From NCBI GenBank assembly GCA_035279785.1, contig DATEHC010000017.1, positions 20,695 to 84,694 on the forward strand: DNA of 64,000 nucleotides, read 5' to 3'. The stretch comes from Candidatus Dormiibacterota bacterium. GTDB taxonomy: Bacteria; Chloroflexota; Dormibacteria; Dormibacterales; Dormibacteraceae. The notes under the pieces were generated by a model. That model was given only the letters and a program-made list of their open reading frames with translations, had not been told where the DNA came from and made no database searches. Shown here in pieces: positions 39,283-48,465 of the stretch (positions within the stretch are counted from its first letter, which is position 1; every line of letters starts with the position of its first letter). The translations under genes were made by a program, and so were the position numbers.

Positions 39283-40119
39283 TCAGGACGGGGGCAGCTT
39301 CTCCACCGTCACGTCTCGGCCGAGAAGGGCCGAGATCACGCGCCGCGACGCCGCTGGGTCGCCGCTGGTCCAGAACGATTCAGTGCCCTCTCCACCGTCT
39401 GCGAGCATGTCGCGCTCCTCGAGCACGCGCCGCAGCTGGCGCGCCACCGCCGCGCCGGTCTCGATCAGCGCGACGTTCGGGCCCGCCATCTCGGCAAGGA
39501 GTGGTTTCAGGAAGACGTAGTGCGTGGAGCCCAGGACGATCGCATCCGCGCCCGCGTCGAGCATCGGCCTGACGTAGCCCTCGACCATGCGTCGCAGCTC
39601 CGAGCTCCCGAGATCGGCCTCCTCGATGTGCTCGACGAGGCCAGGCACGGGCTGGATGATCACCTTCACGTCGCCGCTGAACCGGTCGAGCAGCGATGCG
39701 AGCCTGTCGGATTCGCTGACGGCCGCGGGGACGATCGCGCCCACCACTCCGGAGCGCGTCGCGGCGACCGCGGGCTTGATGCCCGGCTCGATGCCGACGA
39801 CGGGGATGGCGAGGCTGCTGCGAAGCGCTTCCGCCGATCCGGCCGTGCCGGTGTTCGAGCCGATCACGACCGCCTTGATACCGCGCTCGATGAGGAAGCC
39901 GGAGATCTCGAGGGCGCGCCGCCGCACGAAGCCGGGCGGCTTGTCGCCCCATGGAGCGTTGGCGGAATCGGCGACGTAGTAGATCGACTCGGCGGGCAGC
40001 AATGCGCGGATCTCGCGCAGCACCGAAAGCCCGCCGACGCCGGAGTCGAATAGGCCGACGGGCGCGGGGTTCACATGCCGAAGGCTAGCCGACATCACAT
40101 GGTCCGACCTGTCAGGCAT
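39283..40119 (-). CDS. murI: Glutamate racemase homologue with both catalytic Cys replaced by Ser
   Basis: 'GLFDSGVGGLSVL' and 'PVVGIEPGIKPA' identify the MurI family. The catalytic 'ACNTAS' and 'GCTHYP' motifs read 'GSNTGTA' (TCG) and 'GSTHYVF' (TCC). Confidence 0.8.
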   Translation of the reverse strand: MPDRSDHVMSASLRHVNPAPVGLFDSGVGGLSVLREIRALLPAESIYYVADSANAPWGDKPPGFVRRRALEISGFLIERGIKAVVIGSNTGTAGSAEALRSSLAIPVVGIEPGIKPAVAATRSGVVGAIVPAAVSESDRLASLLDRFSGDVKVIIQPVPGLVEHIEEADLGSSELRRMVEGYVRPMLDAGADAIVLGSTHYVFLKPLLAEMAGPNVALIETGAAVARQLRRVLEERDMLADGGEGTESFWTSGDPAASRRVISALLGRDVTVEKLPPS

Positions 40120-40267
40120 TTCCGGCCGCCAAAACCCCGGATAGTCCGGACTATCCGGCCTTCATCACCCCGGCCGGGAGCAGCGCTCCAGGCTCTGAAA
40201 TTTGCATACCATCCGGCGCCGCCGAACGAGATCTTGAAAATCCATTTTTTGACTCCAGTTTTGGCGT

Positions 40268-40471
40268 TTGGCGCGTTCTATCTGTATGCCGCGCCGTTTG
40301 CTTTGGGGCCTGGCGTTCGGCCTCCTCGTAGGTGGTTGCGTCGTGGCGCTGAGCGCGGCGCGGTACGGCTTAAGCGCACCGCTCCTGCTCGTCGGAATTG
40401 TGCTCGCGCTGGGCTTCGGAGGACTTGCCTTCGCCAGCGCTTTCGTAGAACGCCGCCGGCCCGTAGACTGA
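40268..40471 (+). CDS. Hypothetical small membrane protein (two TM helices)
   Basis: 67-aa ORF, or 61 aa from ATG at 40286. Two hydrophobic helices. Moderate GC3. Confidence 0.35.
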   Translation: MARSICMPRRLLWGLAFGLLVGGCVVALSAARYGLSAPLLLVGIVLALGFGGLAFASAFVERRRPVD

Positions 40472-40479
40472 ACGCCGGT

Positions 40480-40680
40480 TTGGGGGAATCCGAGCGCGTC
40501 GGCATCACGCCGAAGAGCTGGACCGCGGAATCGCATCACGGCGTGCTGCACCTCGGCAAGCGCTGGTACGTCGTGAGCGCGGAGCTGGACGAGCACGGTC
40601 AGGCCGAGGGCGTCCGGCTGGACGGTCCGTACCCTGACCGCGAATCGGCCGAGTCGCGCGCGCGTTCGATGCAGGCCTGA
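40480..40680 (+). CDS. Hypothetical small protein (66 aa)
   Basis: TTG at 40480 in frame with ORF 40075..40680. High GC3. 'WTAESHHGVLHLGKRWYVVSAELDEHGQAEGVRLDGPY'. No family recognised. Confidence 0.4.
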   Translation: MGESERVGITPKSWTAESHHGVLHLGKRWYVVSAELDEHGQAEGVRLDGPYPDRESAESRARSMQA

Positions 40681-40686
40681 TCCGCG

Positions 40687-41439
40687 GTGCGCGTCGCCGC
40701 GATCTCCGACATCCACGGCAACCTGCCGGCTCTCGAAGCGGTGCTCGCCGAAGTCGACCGCGAGATGCCGGACCTGATGGTGTTCTGCGGCGATGTCGCT
40801 TCCGGCCCGATGCCCGCCGAGACCATCGATCGCTTGCTGACGCTCGACGGTGCACGGTTCGTCCGTGGCAACGCCGACCGCGGCCTCATCGAGGAGTTCG
40901 ACGCCGTGCCGCACGCCGCGATGCCTGGCCCATTCCTGGACTGGTGCACGCGCCAGCTCACGCGCAAGCAGCGCGATTTCCTCGCGTCATTCGAGAGCAC
41001 GGTGACGGTCGATGACGTCGACGGGTTGGGCCAGGTGCTTTTCTGCCACGCCTCTCCGCGCAACGACACGGACGCGTTCACGGTCGCGACGCCGGATGAA
41101 CGGGTACGCGCACTTTTCGCCGGAACCCGCGCCGGCGTCGTCGTGTGCGGCCACACTCATATGCAGTTCGACCGCATGGTCGGTGACATTCGCTTGGTCA
41201 ACGCCGGCAGTGTCGGCATGCCCTACGGAGCTCCTGGCGCGTACTGGGCGATGCTTGGCCCCGACGTCGACCTGCGGCGCACGGATTACGACCGTGAGGC
41301 GGCCGCGACCCGCATACGCGCGAAGGATTGGGACCAGGCCGAGGAGTTCGCCAAGGGCAACGTGCTGAGCGCGCCGTCGATCGAGGAGGCGATGAAGTTC
41401 ATCGGCGGCATCGAGGCGAAGCAGGTCGCGAACGCTTAG
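40687..41439 (+). CDS. Metallophosphoesterase (calcineurin-like, YfcE/MJ0936-type)
   Basis: 'AISDIHGN', 'CGDV', 'RGNAD', 'CGHTH', 'NAGSVG' motifs. GTG start. Confidence 0.85.
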   Translation: MRVAAISDIHGNLPALEAVLAEVDREMPDLMVFCGDVASGPMPAETIDRLLTLDGARFVRGNADRGLIEEFDAVPHAAMPGPFLDWCTRQLTRKQRDFLASFESTVTVDDVDGLGQVLFCHASPRNDTDAFTVATPDERVRALFAGTRAGVVVCGHTHMQFDRMVGDIRLVNAGSVGMPYGAPGAYWAMLGPDVDLRRTDYDREAAATRIRAKDWDQAEEFAKGNVLSAPSIEEAMKFIGGIEAKQVANA

Positions 41440-41702
41440 CGCGTTCGGTAGCCGGGCAGGCTCCTGGTGTCGGATTCCGTCAGGTCGGTGATCACGTGAT
41501 GGTCGGTCATCCTCTTCACGCGAGCGGCCGGCACCTCGACCAGCACGCCGTCCCTCCGACGCAGGACGATGCCGTGAAAGATGTCCTCGTCGCGGTCACC
41601 AAGCGTCGCCTCCGCGGTGCCGATGTCCGACCCGTCGACGCCGACCACGCCGGCGTTGGTCCGCATGGCGGTCCAGGCGATGGGCGTCTCGTCCTCGTAC
41701 AT
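41436..41702 (-). CDS. PRC-barrel-like / DUF2171-like small protein
   Basis: 88 aa. 'VVGVDGSDIGTAEATLGDRDEDIFHGIVL...VEVPAARVKRMTDHHVITDL' fits the DUF2171 pattern. Divergent from the eRF1-fold gene, with 53 bp between the starts. Confidence 0.5.
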   Translation of the reverse strand: MYEDETPIAWTAMRTNAGVVGVDGSDIGTAEATLGDRDEDIFHGIVLRRRDGVLVEVPAARVKRMTDHHVITDLTESDTRSLPGYRTR

Positions 41703-41755
41703 GGGCTCGAGCCCACTCTACCGACAGGCGGTTCGCAAGCGTTCAAGATTGTGGA

Positions 41756-42535
41756 ATGACGCGCTACAGCCCGCTGCTGTCGATCTTTGTCCTCGCCCCC
41801 CGACTGCGGCGCGCGTCGAACCGCGCGGTGAGCATCTTCCTGCCCGCGCGCTCGGAGGGCTACGACGCCCGCTTCTACGACATCGAGTTTCGCGACCTGC
41901 TGCACCGCTACTCCAGCAGGCTGGGCCCGAAGGACCGCGAGTTGATGGAGTACGAGATGCGGCGGCTGCGTCACCACGTCGCGGTCGTGCGGCCGGCGGG
42001 CTGCCCGGCGTTCGCGGGTTTCGCCGACGAGCCCAAGGGAGTTCTCGAGCTCGTCAAGCTTCGTGATGAGACGGACGAGCGGCTCGAGGTGGGGGAGCTG
42101 CTGCTCGCCCCGGTGATGCGCCAGCTGGAGCACCATCCGCCCGCGCTCATCGCCGTCGTCGACAAGGAGCACGCGCGGACTTTCGGCGCGATCCTCGAGG
42201 ACATCATTCCGCTCGACGAGGTCAATGGCGCGGAGGTTCGGCATTCGCGGGCCGGTGGCACGTCGGCGCCGAGCAACCAGCGCAAGGCGGACAACCGCGC
42301 CAAGGCAAACCTGGAGACGGCCGTGAAGACGGTGGAACGCGAGATGAGCTCCGGCGCCTACATGCACCTGTATGTCGCGGGGCCGGCGGAGGCGCGCACG
42401 ACCTTCGAGCGCCTGCTGCCCGAGCGTTTGAAGAAGACGATCGCCGGCCATCTGAGCGCGTCGCTCGACTCGGCGGTCCTCAGGCGCGAGCTGCGCGAGA
42501 AGATGGCGGCCGCAGAACGATCTGCGTCTGGGTGA
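41756..42535 (+). CDS. eRF1-fold protein, bacterial Vms1/Ankzf1-like (baeRF) family, short form
   Basis: 259 aa. 'LIAVVDKEHARTFGA', 'RAGGTSAPSNQRKADNRAKANL' and 'LYVAGPAEARTTFERLLPERL' parallel the 'VV.DR..A', 'KPGGWSQxRYQRxxE' and 'LVVAGdvRa...LP' blocks of bacterial eRF1-like proteins. This was recognised by eye only. Confidence 0.6.
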   Translation: MTRYSPLLSIFVLAPRLRRASNRAVSIFLPARSEGYDARFYDIEFRDLLHRYSSRLGPKDRELMEYEMRRLRHHVAVVRPAGCPAFAGFADEPKGVLELVKLRDETDERLEVGELLLAPVMRQLEHHPPALIAVVDKEHARTFGAILEDIIPLDEVNGAEVRHSRAGGTSAPSNQRKADNRAKANLETAVKTVEREMSSGAYMHLYVAGPAEARTTFERLLPERLKKTIAGHLSASLDSAVLRRELREKMAAAERSASG

Positions 42536-42872
42536 CCTTCGCGACAAGCCTGCCGTTCTCGTCACGCACAGCGGTTTCGACGACGACCGTCGTGCCTCCC
42601 CGATGCAGGGGCGTCGCGGAGGCCGTGACCCGTCCCTGACGCACCGCGCCGAGGAAGTTCGTCTTCGATTCGATGGTGGACGTGCCCGCGGCACCCTCCG
42701 GCAGGTTGAGAAACGCGCACGCTCCGCCCGCGGAATCGGCCAGCGCCATGATCACGCCGCCGTGAAGAATTCCGCCCGCCGTGCACAGTTCGGGCGCCCA
42801 TTCGAGCGATAAGACCACCCGCTCGGGCGCGGATTCGTCGCTCCGGATGCCGAGGGTGGCGGCTAGCGGCAT
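42480..42872 (-). CDS. PaaI-family hotdog-fold thioesterase
   Basis: ATG at 42872 within the long ORF 42480..44021. 'GGILHGGVIMALADSAGG' and 'ESKTNFLGAV' are typical. Its 3' end overlaps the convergent eRF1-fold gene by 56 nt. Confidence 0.8.
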   Translation of the reverse strand: MPLAATLGIRSDESAPERVVLSLEWAPELCTAGGILHGGVIMALADSAGGACAFLNLPEGAAGTSTIESKTNFLGAVRQGRVTASATPLHRGGTTVVVETAVRDENGRLVAKVTQTQIVLRPPSSRAARA

Positions 42873-42908
42873 CCACTCGCTGAAGCGTTCTATGTTGGGA
42901 AGTAGAGC

Positions 42909-44033
42909 ATGAACCAGGCGGACCGCATCTCGGAGCTGAGGCGACTCGGGCAGAGCGTCTGGCTCGACCAGATCGACCGCGACATGATCCGGACCGGCCG
43001 GCTCGAGCAGCTCCGCGATCTGGGTGTAAGCGGCGTCACCGCGAACCCGACCATCTTCGCCACGGCCCTCACTCGGTCGGACGTGTACGCGCCAGACATT
43101 GCGCGCCGCCTCGATCGCGGGATGGACGCCGAATCGATCCTGTGGGAGCTGCTGATCGAGGACGTGCAGGCGGCGGCGGACATATTCCGGCCCACGTTCG
43201 ATCGCGAGCACGGTCGCGACGGTTTCGTGAGCATCGAGGTTTCGCCCGAGATCGCGGGCGACACCGACAGGACGATCGCCGCCGCGCGCGACCTTCACCG
43301 GCGCGTTGCCCGTCCCAACGCGATGGTCAAGATCCCCGCGACCCCATCCGGGTTGCCCGCGATCGAAGCGATGATCGCGGACGGGGCCAACATCAACGTG
43401 ACGCTGATCTTCGCCGTCGAGAGATACGTCAAGGTGGTCGAGGCTTTTCTCGCCGGCCTCGAGCGCCTGCTCGAGAGCGCGGGGGACGTGACGCGCGTGC
43501 AGAGCGTCGCCAGCTTTTTTGTCAGCCGCGTCGACACGAAGGTGGACGAGCGGCTCGAGAAGAGGATCGCGCAGGCCGACAGCAGCCGCAAGCCTCAGCT
43601 GCGCAAGCTCCTGGGCAAGGCGGCGGTCGCGAACTCGAGGCTGGCTTACGAGATGTTCAGCCAGCTCCACGCCGGACCGCGCTGGGACAGGCTTCGCGAC
43701 GCGGGTGCTTCGGTGCAGCGCTGTCTGTGGGCGAGCACGTCGACGAAGAACCCGAGCTACTCCGACGTGATGTACGTCGAGGACCTCATCGGGCCGGCGA
43801 CCGTGAACACGATGCCGGTCCCCACGCTCGAGGCGTTCAACGACCACGGCCGCGTCGCCCCGACCCTCCAGCAGAACGTCGACGGCGCGCGCCGCGTGCT
43901 CGACGACCTGGCGGCCGCCGGCATCGACCTCGCGGCCATCACGCAGGAGCTGGAGGACGAAGGCGTCGCCGGGTTCGCGAAGTCTTATCGGGAGTCGATC
44001 GACCACCTGAGCAAGGTTCAAACCGGCCGGTAA
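42909..44033 (+). CDS. tal: Transaldolase
   Basis: 374 aa. 'GQSVWLDQI', 'VTANPTIF' and the Schiff-base Lys context 'VKIPATPSG'. Confidence 0.9.
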   Translation: MNQADRISELRRLGQSVWLDQIDRDMIRTGRLEQLRDLGVSGVTANPTIFATALTRSDVYAPDIARRLDRGMDAESILWELLIEDVQAAADIFRPTFDREHGRDGFVSIEVSPEIAGDTDRTIAAARDLHRRVARPNAMVKIPATPSGLPAIEAMIADGANINVTLIFAVERYVKVVEAFLAGLERLLESAGDVTRVQSVASFFVSRVDTKVDERLEKRIAQADSSRKPQLRKLLGKAAVANSRLAYEMFSQLHAGPRWDRLRDAGASVQRCLWASTSTKNPSYSDVMYVEDLIGPATVNTMPVPTLEAFNDHGRVAPTLQQNVDGARRVLDDLAAAGIDLAAITQELEDEGVAGFAKSYRESIDHLSKVQTGR

Positions 44034-44057
44034 CCGCCGCAGTACGTTTAGCGGGCC

Positions 44058-45035
44058 ATGTCCTCAGTCGCGATTGAAGCGCGCTCTCTGCGCAAGATCT
44101 ACGAGAGCACCCGCGGCGTCTTCCGCCGGGAGAAGGTCGAGCGAACCGCGCTGAAGGGCGTCGATCTCGCCATCGGGAGCGGCGAGCTGTTCGGTCTCCT
44201 CGGTCCCAACGGGGCGGGCAAGACCACGATGGTCAAGATCTTCACGACCCTGCTCCTGCCGACATCGGGGACGGCGCGTGTGCTCGGCCTCGACGTTGTC
44301 AAGGACTCCTGGGCGCTGCGCAAGCGGATGGGGTTCGTGTTCGGTGGCGAGCGTGGGCTCTACTGGCGGCTGTCGGGCCTCGACAACCTGCGCTACTTCG
44401 CCGACCTGTATCGGGTGCCGCCCGACGTGGCGCGGCGCAGGATCCCCGCCCTGATCGAGCGGCTTGGGCTGACGGGCAGGGAGCGTGACCGCGTCGAGCT
44501 CTACTCGCGCGGGATGAAGCAGCGCCTGCACCTGGCGCGCGGCCTGCTCAACGACCCCGAGGTGCTCTTCCTGGACGAGCCGACGATCGGCCTCGACCCG
44601 GTGGGCGCACGTGAGCTGCGCAGCATCGTGCGCGAGCTCGCTGACTCGGGCAAGACGATCTTCCTCACGACGCACTACATGTTCGAGGCCGACGCCGTAT
44701 GCGACCGCATCGCCGTGATCAAGGACGGCGGCATCGTCGCCGAGGGCACGCCGGACAGCATCAAGGACCTCGTCAAGGACCAGGGCGTGGTCGAGTTCGA
44801 GGTGGTGGGCCTGGCGGACGAGCGGATTGCGCAGCTGCGCGCGCTCGCCGGCGTGAGCTCCGTGGCCGTCGACACGCGCGAGCTCGCCCAGGTCGTGACC
44901 ATCCAGTGCAGCCGTCCCGGCGAGGTGATCGCGCAGCTGGGCTACGTGCTCGACGGGGTCGCGCCGGCCAAGGTGACCTCGCGCGAGCCCACGCTCGAGG
45001 ATGCCTACGTGCAGCTCATCGGCGAGTCGTCGTGA
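44058..45035 (+). CDS. ABC transporter ATP-binding protein (DrrA/ABC-2 type)
   Basis: Walker A 'GPNGAGKTT', signature 'YSRGMKQRL', Walker B 'LFLDEPT'. Confidence 0.9.
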   Translation: MSSVAIEARSLRKIYESTRGVFRREKVERTALKGVDLAIGSGELFGLLGPNGAGKTTMVKIFTTLLLPTSGTARVLGLDVVKDSWALRKRMGFVFGGERGLYWRLSGLDNLRYFADLYRVPPDVARRRIPALIERLGLTGRERDRVELYSRGMKQRLHLARGLLNDPEVLFLDEPTIGLDPVGARELRSIVRELADSGKTIFLTTHYMFEADAVCDRIAVIKDGGIVAEGTPDSIKDLVKDQGVVEFEVVGLADERIAQLRALAGVSSVAVDTRELAQVVTIQCSRPGEVIAQLGYVLDGVAPAKVTSREPTLEDAYVQLIGESS

Positions 45036-45829
45036 GGTCGCTCCTGCGCGCCTGCATCAGCGCGTTCTGGATCTCGGTCCGCCTGAAGGTCGTCAGCCCA
45101 TGGGCGTACCTGAACTGGCTCGTCTTTCCTCTCATCTTCGCGACGGTGGGACTCTACGTGCTCAGCCTTCCAACCGCCGGCATGGGCGCGGCGGGCTCGC
45201 ACCTCGTGTACGGCATCCTGGGCGGCGGCCTGATCGGCTACTGGTCGGACGCGTACATCGATGGCGGCAACGGCATCCAGGACGAGCGCTGGAACGGAAC
45301 GCTGGAGCAGCTCTTCGGCACGCCGACGCCTTTGTGGGTGGTGATCCTCGGCAAGGTGTGGGGCGCGCTGCTGTTCGGCTTTCTCGCGTTCCTCCCGACT
45401 GCGGCGTTGGGTTTTTTCGGATTTCACGCCGTGCTGCCTCACCTCGATCCCTGGCGTTTCGTGATCTCGCTCGGCGTGCTGACCTTTGCCTTCTTCTGCA
45501 TCGCGCAGGCGCTGACTCCACTGTTTGCGTTGTGGCGGTGGGCGTTCAGCATGGTCAACGGCTTCGAGCTCGGCGTCTACGTGCTGTGCGGGTTCATGTT
45601 CCCGATCGCCGTTCTCACTCCGTGGCTGCAGGGGATCGCGGGCGCGCTTGCGCCGACCTGGGCGGTGCGCGCGCTCTACGCATCCACGCTCGCCGAGGGG
45701 CCTCATGACTTTGTCGCGTGGTGGCTTTACTCGATCGGCCTGAGCTTCATCTTCTTGATCGGCGCCTACTTCCTCTACGCACTCGTCGAGCGCGAGGCCC
45801 GCGTGTCCGGTCAGCTGGCGCTCGCATGA
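45032..45829 (+). CDS. ABC-2 type transporter permease
   Basis: GTG at 45032 overlaps the ATPase stop (GTGA). Six hydrophobic segments. Confidence 0.8.
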   Translation: MRSLLRACISAFWISVRLKVVSPWAYLNWLVFPLIFATVGLYVLSLPTAGMGAAGSHLVYGILGGGLIGYWSDAYIDGGNGIQDERWNGTLEQLFGTPTPLWVVILGKVWGALLFGFLAFLPTAALGFFGFHAVLPHLDPWRFVISLGVLTFAFFCIAQALTPLFALWRWAFSMVNGFELGVYVLCGFMFPIAVLTPWLQGIAGALAPTWAVRALYASTLAEGPHDFVAWWLYSIGLSFIFLIGAYFLYALVEREARVSGQLALA

Positions 45830-46626
45830 GGAAGCTCCTCGCCGAGACCGGCGTGTTCCTGCGCGCGACGTACCTCCAGTACGTCGCGCTCTTCCAGTGG
45901 GCGTCGATCCGCGGCTACGTCGCCTACAAGGTCATCCTGCCCGTGACGCAGATCCTTTTCTTCGTCGAGCTCGGCGTTTACGCGACGGGCAGGCAGAACG
46001 CGCTCTACTTCGCGCTCGGCAACGCGCTCCAGCTCACCGCCAACGCCGGCATATTCGGTGTGATCGCGACCGTCGCCAACGAGCGCCAGTACGGCACGCT
46101 CCCGATCCTGCTCGCGTCGCCTTCGAACCGTCTGGTCACGTTTCTCAGTCGCGCGATCGTCAACGTCATCGACGGCATCGTCACGGTGGCGGTCGGCCTG
46201 GCAATCGCTGTGCTGCTGTTCGGGCTCGACCTGCACCACGCCAACTTCGCGCTCCTGGCGTTCTGCGTGGTGGTTATCTCGCTGACCACCGCGGGACTCG
46301 GTCTGATGTTCGGAAGCATCGGACTCGTGATGCGCGACGCGATCATCATCGCCAACGTCGTCTATTACGTCCTTCTGATCGTGTGTGGCATCAATTTCCC
46401 GGTCAGCCGCCTGCCGGGCGTGGTGCAGGTCATCTCCTACGCACTGCCGCTGACGCGAGGCGTGCAGGCGGCGCGAGACGCGGCCGCGGGCGCATCGTTC
46501 GGGCAGGTCATCGGGCTGGTCGCGGGCGAGCTCCTGGTGGGCGTCCTGTGGGCGCTCGCGGGTTACGTGCTGTTCCGGCTGCTCGAGGGTTGGGCCCGGC
46601 GCGGCGGGCTGCAGGAAGCGTACTGA
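45826..46626 (+). CDS. ABC-2 type transporter permease
   Basis: ATG at 45826 overlaps the upstream stop (ATGA). Six hydrophobic segments. Confidence 0.8.
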   Translation: MRKLLAETGVFLRATYLQYVALFQWASIRGYVAYKVILPVTQILFFVELGVYATGRQNALYFALGNALQLTANAGIFGVIATVANERQYGTLPILLASPSNRLVTFLSRAIVNVIDGIVTVAVGLAIAVLLFGLDLHHANFALLAFCVVVISLTTAGLGLMFGSIGLVMRDAIIIANVVYYVLLIVCGINFPVSRLPGVVQVISYALPLTRGVQAARDAAAGASFGQVIGLVAGELLVGVLWALAGYVLFRLLEGWARRGGLQEAY

Positions 46627-46627
46627 C

Positions 46628-48394
46628 GTGGAGTTCACGACGCGGCCGGAGCTCAAGGGCACGTTCGGCGTCGTGAGCTCGACCCACTGGCTGGCCTCGC
46701 AGTGCGCGATGACCGTCCTCGATCGCGGCGGCAACGCGTTCGACGCGGCGGCGGCCGGCGGCTTCGTGCTGCAGGTCGTGGAGCCGCACCTCAACGGCCT
46801 GGGTGGCGAGGTACCGATCGTGCTCTGGGATGTCAGCCGCGGACACGCTGAGGTGATCTGCGGCCAGGGACCGACACCCGCGGCGGCCACCATCGATCAC
46901 GTCGGCAGCCTTGGCCTCGCCGAGATCCCCGGCACCGGCCTGGTCGCGGCGTGCGTGCCCGGAGCGTTCGGCGGCTGGATGACGCTGCTTCGCGACCACG
47001 GCACGTGGAGCCCGGGCGACGTGCTCAAGTTTGCGATCGCCTATGCCGAGTCGGGCTATCCCCTTCTGCCTCGGATCGCAGCGGTGCTGCAGGTCGTCGA
47101 GCCACTTTTTCGCGAGCACTGGCGCTCGTCCGCCGCCGTGTATCTGGAGCGCGGCGTGCCCCAGCCCTGGCAGCTGTTCCGAAACCACGACCTGGCCTCG
47201 ACCTATCGGCACCTCGTTCGTGCGGGCGCCGAAGCGGGAGGCGGTCGCGAAGCCCAGATCGATGGAGCGCTGAGCGCGTTTTATTCAGGGTTCGTCGCCG
47301 AAGCCGTCGAGCGTCACAGCCGCGCTGCGGTGATGGACAGCTCCGGCGAGGAGCATCCGGGATTCTTGGCGGGAGCGGACATGGCCGCGTTCGACGCCCG
47401 ACATGAAGACCCCCTCGTCACCGACTTTCGGGGATGGTTCGTGGCGAAGTGCGGTCCCTGGAGCCAGGGCCCGGTGTTTCTGCAGCAGCTGCGACTGCTC
47501 GATGGATTCGATCTTGCGTCGCTCGGATTTCTCTCCGCGGAGCACATCCACCTCGTCACCGAGTGCGCAAAGCTGGCGTTCGCCGACCGCGAGGCGTGGT
47601 ACGCGGACCCCGATAAAGCGACGGTCCCGATCGATGCACTCCTCTCGCGCGAGTACGCAAACGAGCGACGCACGCTGGTCGGCGATCGCGCATCGCTCGA
47701 GCTGCGGCCGGGGTCGCCCGGCGGCGAGCAACCACGTTTGCCGAGGCGCGAGCCACAGGCGATCGAGCCAGGTCACTGGACCGGCGGTGGAGCGCAGTCA
47801 GTCGGCGCCACCACGCGAGGCGACACGTGCCACATCGCCGTCGCCGACCGGCACGGCAACATGGTCGCCTGCACGCCGAGTGGGGGATGGCTGCAGAGCT
47901 CGCCGGTCATCGAGGGTCTCGGCTTCTGCCTAGGCACGCGCGCGCAGATGTTCAACCTCGATCCCGAGCATCCCAACCGGCTCGACGGCGGCAAGAGACC
48001 GCGCACGACCCTCAGCCCTACGCTCGCTCTTCGCGACGGCGAGCCGAGGCTCGCGTTCGGCACGCCCGGCGGCGATCAGCAGGACCAGTGGACGCTCGAG
48101 TTCTTCCTGGCGCACACAGTATTCGGCCTCGGGCTCCAGGCCGCGATTGACTCGCCGATGTTCCACAACTCGCATTTCGCGAGCTCCTTCGCGCCCCACG
48201 ACGCTCACCCGGGCCGCCTCCACAGCGAGCCGATGGCCGCGGGCGTCCTCGACGGGTTGCGCGCTCGCGGACACGAGGTGATCGAGGCCGAGCCCTGGTC
48301 CCTTGGACGGACCTGCGCGGTGGGAAGGGAGGACGGCGTCCTTGGGGCCGCGGCCAATCCTCGCGGCGGGCAGGCTTACGCGGTCGGGCGCTAG
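46628..48394 (+). CDS. ggt: Gamma-glutamyltransferase family protein
   Basis: 588 aa. 'VSSTHWLASQ', 'GGNAFDAA' and the nucleophile context 'GDTCHIAVADRHGNMV'. GTG start 1 nt after the upstream stop. Confidence 0.9.
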   Translation: MEFTTRPELKGTFGVVSSTHWLASQCAMTVLDRGGNAFDAAAAGGFVLQVVEPHLNGLGGEVPIVLWDVSRGHAEVICGQGPTPAAATIDHVGSLGLAEIPGTGLVAACVPGAFGGWMTLLRDHGTWSPGDVLKFAIAYAESGYPLLPRIAAVLQVVEPLFREHWRSSAAVYLERGVPQPWQLFRNHDLASTYRHLVRAGAEAGGGREAQIDGALSAFYSGFVAEAVERHSRAAVMDSSGEEHPGFLAGADMAAFDARHEDPLVTDFRGWFVAKCGPWSQGPVFLQQLRLLDGFDLASLGFLSAEHIHLVTECAKLAFADREAWYADPDKATVPIDALLSREYANERRTLVGDRASLELRPGSPGGEQPRLPRREPQAIEPGHWTGGGAQSVGATTRGDTCHIAVADRHGNMVACTPSGGWLQSSPVIEGLGFCLGTRAQMFNLDPEHPNRLDGGKRPRTTLSPTLALRDGEPRLAFGTPGGDQQDQWTLEFFLAHTVFGLGLQAAIDSPMFHNSHFASSFAPHDAHPGRLHSEPMAAGVLDGLRARGHEVIEAEPWSLGRTCAVGREDGVLGAAANPRGGQAYAVGR

Positions 48395-48465
48395 GTCCTG
48401 AGCCTCAGGTCGAGCAAGTCGCGCGGCGAATTGACCAGGCGGCGCTGCACGGGGGGAGTCCCCGC

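Noticed and set aside
40687-41439. 'GNAD' in place of the usual 'GNH(D/E)' or 'GNCD' motif in the metallophosphoesterase, as a sign of inactivation
   Set aside because: The metal-ligating Asn and the other four motifs are intact, and this position varies within the family, so it is not strong enough to call a pseudoenzyme.
42480-42535. 56-nt convergent overlap between the eRF1-fold gene and the PaaI thioesterase gene, as a sign of a mis-called gene
   Set aside because: Both ORFs have family-like sequence up to near their C-termini. The overlap involves only low-conservation tails, and convergent overlaps of this size occur in compact GC-rich genomes. It is noted but not treated as a separate finding.
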